From Candidatus Zixiibacteriota bacterium (GTDB lineage: Bacteria > Zixibacteria > MSB-5A5 > UBA10806 > 4484-95): 64,000 bases of DNA. The notes under the pieces were generated by a model. That model saw nothing but the letters and a program-made list of their open reading frames with translations, was not told the origin of the DNA and searched no databases. The first letter of the stretch is position 1. Every line of letters starts with the position of its first letter. The translations under genes and the position numbers were made by a program. This document shows, in pieces, positions 19,635 through 28,420 of the stretch. The DNA is taken from NCBI GenBank assembly GCA_037441845.1, contig JBBIRK010000002.1, forward strand, positions 1 through 64,000. Reading direction: 5' to 3'.

Positions 19635-21335
19635 ATGCGGGTATCGGCTGTCAATTTCGCAGCCGCGGCGGTGCTCTTTCTTCTGATCGTCGGAAGACTG
19701 ATTGTCGGCATATTCCCCATCGGAAATGCTTGGGGATTCGACCAGGCTCGTTATTTTTCTTCCACGGAAGTCATCGCATATCTATTATTGTTGTTTTTTC
19801 TATGGCTGCTTACGATCGCCTCATCCCCGCGCCGCTTTTTCGATCAAGACAGACTAAGTGCCTCGTTGAATTCACCGCTTTTTCGGGTTATCGGCTTAGC
19901 ATGTTTCGTCCTGCTTATATTCGCCTATACCGATTCCACCAATCTCTTGGGAGATGGTCTGCTGCGCGCCGCCGAACTCGATCGACCGCCGAATCTTTTC
20001 ACCTTGAAACTCCATGCCGCCGAACCGCTGAATTATCTTATCCACAATTATATTTATAGATTAATTTTGCAAAAATTCGGTTTCGAGCCGGTCGTTACCT
20101 ACCGTTTTTTCAGCCGGCTTGCGGGAATCCTGTTCCTGATCGGATTATATCGCCTGTCGCGCAAATTCGCGAATTGGGGCGTTCCGCAATCGACAGTGAT
20201 TTTCCATGCGCTCGGCTGGGGCGGCATGCTCTATTTTTTCGGATACGTTGAAAGTTACCCGCTGGCGGCGGCCGCTCTCATGTTACTTTTCGTGGCCGTC
20301 GGGAATTGCAGCGAGACCGGCGGGAAGGTATGGCAAGTTACCTTTACTTTTATATTGGCTTTCTTTTTGCATAATGTCAGCGCGGTCGCCCTCGTTCCGC
20401 TTACCATAGTGCTTTTGCGAAATCCCCGAATGAGCATTTCGGCGCGCCTCGCCCCGCTTTCGCTCATGTGGACGATAGTCTTGCTCTGGGGTGTTTTCGC
20501 CTATCCATCGACCTCCGAGAAAACGTTGATTCTATTTTCGAGCGCCAGCGAAAAATCGTATTCGCTCTTGTCGGCCGACCACCTGCTGGATATGCTCAAC
20601 GAACTCTTGCTCGTTTCGCCTTTTTTCCCGTTGATGTTGTTTTTGCCCAGGGCCGCCGGAGAGTCGAACGCTTCTACGGAATTCCGTCGCTTCCTCGGTG
20701 GGACCACAGTATTCACTTTGATTTGTCTTTTTTTCATCGATCCGAAACTCGGGATGCCCAGGGATTGGGACCTGTTCTGCCTTCCTCTTCTGTCGCTGCA
20801 CCTATACCTGATTTTGCGAATCGATTGGGAAAAAACAAGCCGTTGGATCAAAACCGCCGCGGTAGTTTTCCCGATCGGCATAACTTTCGGATGGGTTCTG
20901 CTCAACGCCGATCGCACGAAGTCATTGGCACGCTACGAAAACATTCTGCAAAACGATTGGGACCGCTCCCGCCAGGGTTATGAGAGGTTGGCCAGCTATC
21001 ATTTAAGTAAAGGCGAAATATCGGAGTCGGAAAGGGCTTTTAAGGAATCGCTGAGGCGAGGTCCGACGGCCCGGGCCCATATCGGCTTGGGGTTCGTCCT
21101 GCTCGGCAAAGGCGAACTGGAATTAGCCGGATATCATTTTTCAGAGGCGCAGCGGATCGATCCTAATCATGGATTGGCTATCGTGGGCATCGGCGAAATT
21201 TACCTCAGGCAGAAAAGATGGGATGACCTCAAAGACATATTGACGATTCTTCATCGGCGATTCGACGGCAGCGGCGATCCGCTTATAGACAGCAATATCC
21301 GAAGGCTGGAGCAGGAATATAACCTGCGACGATAA
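19635..21335 (+). CDS. Polytopic membrane protein with C-terminal TPR repeats (GT-C-like)
   Basis: Many TM segments, GDG, GYVESY and RDWDLF loops, then TPR helices. Confidence 0.8.
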   Translation: MRVSAVNFAAAAVLFLLIVGRLIVGIFPIGNAWGFDQARYFSSTEVIAYLLLLFFLWLLTIASSPRRFFDQDRLSASLNSPLFRVIGLACFVLLIFAYTDSTNLLGDGLLRAAELDRPPNLFTLKLHAAEPLNYLIHNYIYRLILQKFGFEPVVTYRFFSRLAGILFLIGLYRLSRKFANWGVPQSTVIFHALGWGGMLYFFGYVESYPLAAAALMLLFVAVGNCSETGGKVWQVTFTFILAFFLHNVSAVALVPLTIVLLRNPRMSISARLAPLSLMWTIVLLWGVFAYPSTSEKTLILFSSASEKSYSLLSADHLLDMLNELLLVSPFFPLMLFLPRAAGESNASTEFRRFLGGTTVFTLICLFFIDPKLGMPRDWDLFCLPLLSLHLYLILRIDWEKTSRWIKTAAVVFPIGITFGWVLLNADRTKSLARYENILQNDWDRSRQGYERLASYHLSKGEISESERAFKESLRRGPTARAHIGLGFVLLGKGELELAGYHFSEAQRIDPNHGLAIVGIGEIYLRQKRWDDLKDILTILHRRFDGSGDPLIDSNIRRLEQEYNLRR

Positions 21336-21479
21336 ATCCCCTATCCGAGATTTCGCCTAAATCAAGGTTGCCTCCGTAGTTCGGAAACCCATACGAACGG
21401 TTTAATTTGACTTTGCTGCCTCCGCCTGCGAATGGAACTCAAGCTTGGTCGATGGTATTCCCTGCCCGGCCGACGATTC

Positions 21480-21502
21480 TTATGCAAATCGCATTGGGAT
21501 TC
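21480..21502 (+). promoter_or_regulatory. Shared upstream motif, copy 2 (packaging operon)
   Basis: TTATGCAAATCGCATTGGGATTC, ending 41 nt before the portal ATG. Confidence 0.7.
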
Positions 21503-21543
21503 CAACAGGGCATATCGGTAGAGGAATAAGACTGGAGATAGCT

Positions 21544-22764
21544 ATGATTGGCAGATCAATCCGCGAGTTTTTATCGCGTTCCAAACCCAAAACCGATTCC
21601 GACCCTCGCTTGGCCGGGTTCGAAATCAAATCACCGGTTGATAAATATCACAATTTCAACCAAATCGGGCTTTACCGCTACCTTGCCGACAATATCCCGA
21701 TCTTAAACGGCGCCGTTTGGCTCTGGACCAGACTTTGCGCCGCGCCGCTTGAAATCAACTTCCCCGATTTGCCCGATTCCACCGCAGACAAGTTGAAAGA
21801 CGATTTGAATCGAATCCTTTCACCGTTCGAATATCAAAAATCCGGCGGAATCGATAGCCTATTGAGCGCATTTTTTCGCGGGTTGTTCCTCGATGGTTGC
21901 TTTGGGGGCGAGGCTGTCTTGAATGCCGGCAAGAACGGGCTTTCGCGATTCAATCAGATCGACCCCCGCAGACTCGAATTCGAAAAAACCGGCCGGGGCT
22001 GGACCATATTTCACAACTCGGAAAACGGCCGAGTCCGTCTCGATCCCTTGTCTTATTTTCATGTCGGCCTCGATTCTACCCCCGATGACCCACGCGGCCG
22101 CAGTCTCTTGGCCTCGGTCGGTTTCGTTTCCCACCTGGAACGCAAACTAATCACCGACATGTCGAGCAACCTCGAGAAAGCCGGCTACAACCGTATTCAG
22201 GTGCAATTGAAAAAGCCCGAGAAATACGCCGGCGAAAGCGACGGCGCTTATATCCAGCGGGCCAATCGATACTTCGATGATACGGTCGATCTATTCAAAT
22301 CGCTTCGCCCCTCCGATTCGGCCGTCACCTGGGACGACGTGGTCATCAATTCGGTCGGCCCGTCCAACCAAGGGGCGGCATCGAGCTGGTATCTATATCA
22401 TCGCGCGCTCGTCGAGGATATCTGCGCGGGAGTTCATCTGGATCCGTTCATGCTCGGCTATTCCTATGGCACCACCCAGACCTGGGCCAGATTCAAGTTC
22501 GAACTTATGATGCGACAAATAGTGGCGGTTCAGGAAAAGGCGATCGGCTTTTTCCGCTGGCTTATAGGTTTGGAATCGGCGCTGCGGGGTTACTCGGGAC
22601 GGATCGTAATCGCATTCGATAATCGACGCGTATTCGGCTCTCTCGAGCGGTTCCAGGCGCGGAAAACCGCGGTCGAAAGCATTATCGCCGGGTATCAAGC
22701 CGGCCTCACCTCCAAAGAGGAGGCCCGCGCCGAACTCGAGAGAATCGAACCGGCTATCCTATGA
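21544..22764 (+). CDS. Phage portal protein
   Basis: Likely start ATG 21544 after GGAG; about 406 aa; LYRYLADNIPILNGAV, LFLDGCFGGEAV, QIDPRRL, DDPRGRSLL, DICAGVHLDPFMLG and GLTSKEEARAEL follow the portal pattern; upstream of terminase. Confidence 0.82.
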   Translation: MIGRSIREFLSRSKPKTDSDPRLAGFEIKSPVDKYHNFNQIGLYRYLADNIPILNGAVWLWTRLCAAPLEINFPDLPDSTADKLKDDLNRILSPFEYQKSGGIDSLLSAFFRGLFLDGCFGGEAVLNAGKNGLSRFNQIDPRRLEFEKTGRGWTIFHNSENGRVRLDPLSYFHVGLDSTPDDPRGRSLLASVGFVSHLERKLITDMSSNLEKAGYNRIQVQLKKPEKYAGESDGAYIQRANRYFDDTVDLFKSLRPSDSAVTWDDVVINSVGPSNQGAASSWYLYHRALVEDICAGVHLDPFMLGYSYGTTQTWARFKFELMMRQIVAVQEKAIGFFRWLIGLESALRGYSGRIVIAFDNRRVFGSLERFQARKTAVESIIAGYQAGLTSKEEARAELERIEPAIL

Positions 22765-22792
22765 CGAACCTCGGCAAAATAGTGAATCGATA

Positions 22793-23233
22793 ATGCCGGA
22801 CGAAAGTGGTTGCAATCCGATGAAAACGGAGAGATCGATCGATCCGACCGCCTGCGGCGGGGAAAGTCAGTCGATCGCCGAGGAAGCAAGCGGTCATGCG
22901 GGCAAAAGAGCGATAGGTCGGAGAAAACGCTCCAGCAAAGCCTCCCGCAGAATCGAGGAGAATAACGCTTTTTCCGAACCAACCGCTATTCACGGAGAAT
23001 TCGAATGCGATCGGCGTTTCCTGAACGATGTCATCCAGCGCGTCCATCTGGCGATTTCCGCCGGCGATCTCGAATTGAAAACCGAACATGCGTTTAAGGC
23101 GATCGAAATCAAACAAAAAATAAGCGAAAACAGCCACGTGGAAAATCTGTTGCTCGAACTGCTCAATGAAATCCGCCGACAGGAGCTCGGGCGGCCGACC
23201 GACGGACCGCATTCCGACGAATCGCCGCAATAA
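22793..23233 (+). CDS. Putative terminase small subunit
   Basis: 146 aa or shorter; disordered N-terminus then helical FLNDVIQRVH...AFKAIEIKQKI...LLLELLNEIR; directly before TerL. Call is positional. Confidence 0.5.
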   Translation: MPDESGCNPMKTERSIDPTACGGESQSIAEEASGHAGKRAIGRRKRSSKASRRIEENNAFSEPTAIHGEFECDRRFLNDVIQRVHLAISAGDLELKTEHAFKAIEIKQKISENSHVENLLLELLNEIRRQELGRPTDGPHSDESPQ

Positions 23234-24572
23234 CCTTTCGGTGCGGAATATCCCGAAAAAAAGCGGCTGGCGCCGCGCGATCCACGACCCGGTATTTTTC
23301 GCCCGTGAATATCTCGGATTCGATCCCCACTCTGGGCAGCGGATCTGGCTGCAAAAATCTATCGGAAGGGAAAATGCGCTGGTCACCGGCAACCGCTGGG
23401 GAAAATCGGAAATCCAGGCGGTAAAACTCATCCATCGCTGCGTTTTCCAGATCCGACCTATCGGCTACGACACCCCAGGACGCTACCGGGCGCTCAATGT
23501 CAGTATCACTCTCGATCAGGCACAGATCATTTTCGACAAGATAATCGGCTTGCTCGAACGCGGACGCAAAATAAAAAGCCTGATTAAAAACGTGAAATCT
23601 ACCCCCTATTCGACCATATATTTCCGTAACGGGTCCGAACTGACCGCGCGCACCAGCGCCAATCGCGGCGAACATTTGCTCGGCCAAGATTACGATTTCG
23701 TGAATTTCGACGAAATCGCTTATGAGCCTCAAGCAGAGGCGGTGGTCGAGGGCGTCCTTAAAATGCGCCTGGCCGATCGCGCCGGCAGTCTCGATCTTTG
23801 TTCGACGCCGAACGGCTATAACTGGTTTTATCATCGCTGCGAACTTATTCGCAAAAGCGGACGCGGATTCGTTTACAGCGGGCCGACATCCGAAAATCAT
23901 CACCTCCCTCGCGAGGCGCTCGATTACTTGCGGAAACATATGTCGCCGGCGCGGGCGGCGCAGCATCTCGATGGGCAATTTGCGGCTTTCGAGGGAAGGC
24001 TTCTGCCCGAGGAAATCCTAAGCGCGGCGCTGGCGAAAGGTGAGAAAAAAAATACGCCGTCGGCCGGACGTCGTTACGTTCATGGTTGGGATTTGGCCCG
24101 CAAGCAGACCTACACCGTCGGCGTGGTGCTCGATTGCACAAGCAAACCATACCAGCTCGTGCATATCGAACGTTATCAGCGGGATTGGCCGGAGATCGTC
24201 GAACGTATCCACAAGCTGCACGACATTTACGGCGGCGAAATAATCATCGATTCGACCGGTATCGGCGATGTCATCTTGTCCTCGCTGAAAGATCTCCCCG
24301 CCAAAGGGTTCAATTTCGGCGGAGGCAATCGCGAGAAACTTCTGGCCAATCTCGAGCGGGCGCTCATGGCCGGCGACCTCGGCATTTTCGACGAGCGGCT
24401 GGCTTGCGGCGATGGTGACACGTGGAGCATTGTCGATGAATTGCGGGCGCTCGATTGCGCCTATACAACAGCCGGCGACGGCGTATGCGCGCTGGCATTG
24501 GCGCTCTGGGGGGCGGAAAACGACGACCGGCTGGTATTGCCGGCGATCGCAGGCCTGGGAAGGATTACATAA
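23166..24572 (+). CDS. Terminase large subunit
   Basis: DPVFFAREYLG, PHSGQ (Q motif), Walker A TGNRWGKS, Walker B FVNFDE, STPNG; RNase H-type nuclease motifs GWDLA, IIDSTGIGD and GDGVCALALA. The true start may be GTG 23241. Confidence 0.93.
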   Translation: MKSADRSSGGRPTDRIPTNRRNNLSVRNIPKKSGWRRAIHDPVFFAREYLGFDPHSGQRIWLQKSIGRENALVTGNRWGKSEIQAVKLIHRCVFQIRPIGYDTPGRYRALNVSITLDQAQIIFDKIIGLLERGRKIKSLIKNVKSTPYSTIYFRNGSELTARTSANRGEHLLGQDYDFVNFDEIAYEPQAEAVVEGVLKMRLADRAGSLDLCSTPNGYNWFYHRCELIRKSGRGFVYSGPTSENHHLPREALDYLRKHMSPARAAQHLDGQFAAFEGRLLPEEILSAALAKGEKKNTPSAGRRYVHGWDLARKQTYTVGVVLDCTSKPYQLVHIERYQRDWPEIVERIHKLHDIYGGEIIIDSTGIGDVILSSLKDLPAKGFNFGGGNREKLLANLERALMAGDLGIFDERLACGDGDTWSIVDELRALDCAYTTAGDGVCALALALWGAENDDRLVLPAIAGLGRIT

Positions 24573-24603
24573 AAAAGGGATAAGCTTTACGGCCTATCCC
24601 CTT
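24571..24603. terminator. Hairpin between convergent TerL and C25 genes
   Basis: AAAAAA-GGGATA...TATCCC-CTT; the U-tract is on the minus strand. Confidence 0.55.
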
Positions 24604-24623
24604 CAAACAAATAAATCGATTTC

Positions 24624-27600
24624 TTATTTCATCAACACCATCTTCCGCACCCGACAGTCACCCCCGGCCCTCAACACCGCCATATATATCCCACTCGGAA
24701 AATCGTCCGCACGCCACTCCTGACGGTAAACCCCGGGAACCATCACCCGATCCACCAACGTGGCCGCTTTCCGACCCAATATGTCGTAAACCTCCAAGCG
24801 CACCGGCCCCGGCCGCTCGACCGCAAACTCCATCTCCGTCGAACTGTTGAAAGGATTGGGATAATTCTGCCCGAGATAAATCCGCGGCAACGGCTCCTTG
24901 TCCACCACCGCTGAGCTGCTATTCAACCAAGCCATGATTGCATCCGCTAACTGGGCTCGTGTATTCCGATAACGATCGTGCAAACGACAGAACGGAAAAC
25001 TCGCCACGAAAGTGCGATAATTGCCGTCGGTATAGGCGACCGCCTTGCTGTTGCAGACAATAGGCCATGCCTCGGGAGCCTGCAATACCTCCATCCCGTT
25101 AAGCGGCAAAGGCGACCCGATCGCTCTGCACCCCTCGCTCAAACCCGATTCATCCAACCCGAGACTATCGATCATGCTTAAGAACAGCGTATCATCCCCC
25201 CGAATAAACGTTGAGGGATACTGATAACAGATGGAAATATCAAACTGAAATCTGTTGTACCAGGTTGAATCCTGCAGGTAAAGCGAAACCGCACCTTCCC
25301 AATAAATCGACCCGCCGGCATCCAGGAAAGAATGCAGCCGCTGAAGATAACGATCGAACAGCGTCCTGGTAATGTAAGGTTCGAAATACTCGTATATGCC
25401 GCCAATAACGAACAAAGTATAATTTTCGAGACTATTCAAAAAGGATTCGAGAGAATCGGTTATAACCGGTGCATATCCAGCAGCGGTCAGGGCCGCCCGC
25501 AGGCTGTCTCCCGAAGGATGATGCAACGGATTCCAGATCAAAGGCTGCCTTATTTCGGCGGATCTATCAAGATGATCGAGGTTTTCGACATAGGGAATCA
25601 CCGAAGGAGCAACCATGATTTCCGCACGGGCAGGAAGGTAATCGGTTTTGACTGCTGTCAAGAGCATTCTACCTGGTGTTCTGGGGTTGATTTGAAAGTT
25701 TACGCGTCCCATGGAATTAGTGACCCCCCTGGCATATACTTCACTACCCTTCCATAAAGTGACCATAGCCCCGGACAATGGCAATTGCTCATTTCGAACT
25801 GCGATAGTAACAATCCTCGGCGTGTTATCGACATGCAAAGTTTCAGGAAAGTCAATCTGCATGCTTGCCGGAGTGGCCCCCCATGCACTCATAGTCGGGC
25901 ACCCGAAATAAGTATTGCCATAAATCAGATCCCTGGAGGAACTGCGGTATATTTTCATGGCATTATGCGCATTTGCAATAATATGGTCCGGCATTTCGAA
26001 CAATAACTCTATGGTCGTCTTGTCTAGCAGATAGGAAGTCGCAACCCAACCCCATCGGGTGTTATACGTAGCCGCAGTTGCCCCGTTTGGATTGACAAGA
26101 TCGGCCTGAGCCATGCACGGATATCGGCCTGCGCCTATTTCGGGTGCATCCATGGCACCAACCCAGCAAGCAAGACAAAAAGTGATGTACTCCTGACCGT
26201 TAGCGCATACGTCATGAATATCTCGGATCGAATAACACTCAGCCGGAAGATTGTTATATCCTGAAGTCCGAATGTTATAAAAATCCGGTGAGCCGTGAGC
26301 CTGAGCTTCCAGGAACTGCAAACCGTTGCTTATAGTCTGGATAAATGTTTCTAACGTCGGGCCCGTGGGATTAGGATCACCTCCGGACGGCTGCTCAACC
26401 AAAGTTACGGTATCACAAGAAATATAATATGGAAGAACATTATAAATTGCTCTGAACTGCCCTCGATCACGCATCTCATCAGCGCTCTGCACAGCGGCAC
26501 GATTTAGGTATTGATAGTTGCCCCCACCAGGATTTAATTCAAATCTCAGCCTCTTGGTCACCCAATTGCCTACTTCGGCCGCACTGGTTGCGGGCACTCT
26601 GCCAACTGCCACATCCCATACGATATCAGGGTTATCGTGCCCGGGCTCGCCGAAAATATTGTCGTTATCGGCATCCCATGTCCTCGTGACATCCGCGTAG
26701 TAAAGGTCGCAGATCTGCATGTTGATTTCGGCAGGCATAATATTGGTATTTCCTTGATAACAAAGCCGCTTCGGCACCACCCGGTGATTACCGCCCAATA
26801 GCACGTAGCTTAAACCATCCCTTTGGTAACGATGAATTATGAAATTCCTTATCTTTTCGGCATCGTCGCGTCCGGAATATTGAGCGTAAATTTGGCTTGT
26901 CTTAACTATTTCCGTAGGGATCCCCCTCCTGGTCAGCCATTTGGCATAGGATACGAAAGCCCCGGATAACTCGGGACTGGTGATAACCACGCACTCCGCT
27001 GGAACACCGTTGGGCAACGGAAATCCGACATTCTCGTAATTTTCATAGATGGCAGGCATCGGCGGTAAATAGCTCTGAATGTCTTCGGGATTGTCGACCA
27101 TATGCGGCAACCTATTTAGCATATCGGATATGGCAAACGAGGATGCTCTCTCCGGTACAATCGGCGGATCAGCGTCAACCAATTCTAAAACAAGTTGCAT
27201 CGACGTAATAAGGTTGACCATATTAGTAACTGGGTTGTAACGCAACGGGCTAACCTCAATTGACGCTATACATACCCCCCTATGGCTGCCTCCGGCAAAA
27301 ATGCATTCCGCCAATTGACTCGCCGGAGGGAAGAATTGATTTTGCTGGTAAATATGATTGGCTTCCCTGAACGGCGGACGCGGCACGCTGGCATCAGTCA
27401 TCCAAGGCTCTTGTACCGGGTGAAGTGGATGACCAAGCTGGATTAACGGTTCTTCATTGATAATCTGGGCCGAAACCGAAGCCACCTGTGTGCCATAAGG
27501 AATTATATAATTGAGGGTAGCTGAGGGCAATTCGGGACAGCCCGGCGACTGCGTAACGCAAAAATCGCCATCTCCAGACGTTTCAATTAATACATAAGTA

Positions 27601-27743
27601 TTGCCATCCTGTTCCAAAAACTCCCGGAAAGCAAACTGGCCGGCGGTGAAATCAACGGTCTTGATAATCTCGGTTGAAAAAACCAAAGGAGAATTTATCA
27701 GGAATATCACAACCGCTGCCCCTATCGCGATTTTCGATCTCAT
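24624..27743 (-). CDS. Gingipain-like peptidase C25 with propeptide and T9SS-like C-terminal domain
   Basis: PGCPELP propeptide, YVLLGG, DLYYAD, VAVGRVP, catalytic-type QAHGS and LACWVG; C-terminal QNYPNPFNS...SGIY...KMVLMK; likely start ATG 27743. Confidence 0.9.
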   Translation of the reverse strand: MRSKIAIGAAVVIFLINSPLVFSTEIIKTVDFTAGQFAFREFLEQDGNTYVLIETSGDGDFCVTQSPGCPELPSATLNYIIPYGTQVASVSAQIINEEPLIQLGHPLHPVQEPWMTDASVPRPPFREANHIYQQNQFFPPASQLAECIFAGGSHRGVCIASIEVSPLRYNPVTNMVNLITSMQLVLELVDADPPIVPERASSFAISDMLNRLPHMVDNPEDIQSYLPPMPAIYENYENVGFPLPNGVPAECVVITSPELSGAFVSYAKWLTRRGIPTEIVKTSQIYAQYSGRDDAEKIRNFIIHRYQRDGLSYVLLGGNHRVVPKRLCYQGNTNIMPAEINMQICDLYYADVTRTWDADNDNIFGEPGHDNPDIVWDVAVGRVPATSAAEVGNWVTKRLRFELNPGGGNYQYLNRAAVQSADEMRDRGQFRAIYNVLPYYISCDTVTLVEQPSGGDPNPTGPTLETFIQTISNGLQFLEAQAHGSPDFYNIRTSGYNNLPAECYSIRDIHDVCANGQEYITFCLACWVGAMDAPEIGAGRYPCMAQADLVNPNGATAATYNTRWGWVATSYLLDKTTIELLFEMPDHIIANAHNAMKIYRSSSRDLIYGNTYFGCPTMSAWGATPASMQIDFPETLHVDNTPRIVTIAVRNEQLPLSGAMVTLWKGSEVYARGVTNSMGRVNFQINPRTPGRMLLTAVKTDYLPARAEIMVAPSVIPYVENLDHLDRSAEIRQPLIWNPLHHPSGDSLRAALTAAGYAPVITDSLESFLNSLENYTLFVIGGIYEYFEPYITRTLFDRYLQRLHSFLDAGGSIYWEGAVSLYLQDSTWYNRFQFDISICYQYPSTFIRGDDTLFLSMIDSLGLDESGLSEGCRAIGSPLPLNGMEVLQAPEAWPIVCNSKAVAYTDGNYRTFVASFPFCRLHDRYRNTRAQLADAIMAWLNSSSAVVDKEPLPRIYLGQNYPNPFNSSTEMEFAVERPGPVRLEVYDILGRKAATLVDRVMVPGVYRQEWRADDFPSGIYMAVLRAGGDCRVRKMVLMK

Positions 27744-28042
27744 TTTCCTGCTCCTTTTAATGATTGTTATCAGCCTCGCAACAATCAAAAACGCCGAATA
27801 TTGAACCTGCCTTCCCTCGATATACCTCCTTGATAGTTATCCGCTTTAATCTGTTAAAATCCTTGATCGAACAGCGAATTCGATCATAGGCGCTTATTCG
27901 ATTTTGCGGGAACAGAGTGCCTCGCCCTATATTGCGGGCTACTTATATAATAATCCAAAATTTCTTGTCAAGCAAAAAATATAAATGGGTCTTTATTAAC
28001 TTATTTCGACAACTTCGGAATTTTTATCACCAAGCCTTGCCC

Positions 28043-28160
28043 AAAAACATCAAGGCCAGCCCCAAGGAGGGAGAGGAAAGGCTGGCCTTGCTTCCGAGCG
28101 ACCGTAGTCGCCCGCCTAACCGGGACGTTTGCAAAGAGGTATTTCTCTTTGTTTGTCAAC
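28043..28160 (-). ncRNA. Candidate sigma54-dependent small regulatory RNA
   Basis: Three hairpins (ACAAAGAG/CTCTTTGC, GCGAC/GTCGC, 11-bp CAAGGCCAGCC/GGCTGGCCTTG with a C/U-rich loop), then a U-tract; starts about 12 nt after a -24/-12 promoter; no credible ORF. Confidence 0.6.
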
Positions 28161-28169
28161 CGGAATAAC

Positions 28170-28185
28170 AGCAACAGCCATGCCG
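28170..28185 (-). promoter_or_regulatory. Sigma54 promoter
   Basis: Minus strand CGGCATGGCTGTTGCT = GG-N10-GC with TTGCT. Confidence 0.65.
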
Positions 28186-28420
28186 ATATGCAACCGCAAA
28201 TGCAAACGTAATCCCTTGTAAATCATAATATACCAACTGTATAGTGATTATACAGCGGCGCTCATTGGTATTTCGATGCAAGCGGATTCCGCAATGTGGC
28301 AATCGGTTGCCTCGGCCGTTTTGTCGTCGTGGACGCCGGAACGAAAAAAGCGGAACTTTTCCTTGCCTTATGTGGATTTTTTAATTTAATGAATTAATCA
28401 CCAAACAAGGAGTCTACGTA

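Larger units (their letters stand above)
2433..24572. other. Split phage-derived head/packaging gene system (GTA-like or domesticated prophage): two modules separated by host genes
   Basis: Capsid, protease, decoration, adaptor, portal and terminase homologues with open frames and tight gene overlaps; no integrase or replication genes recognised in the window. Confidence 0.75.

Noticed and set aside
2433..24572. Complete inducible prophage
   Set aside because: No integrase, replication, tail or endolysin genes and no att repeat seen; the modules are divergent and interleaved with host genes. A remnant cannot be fully excluded.
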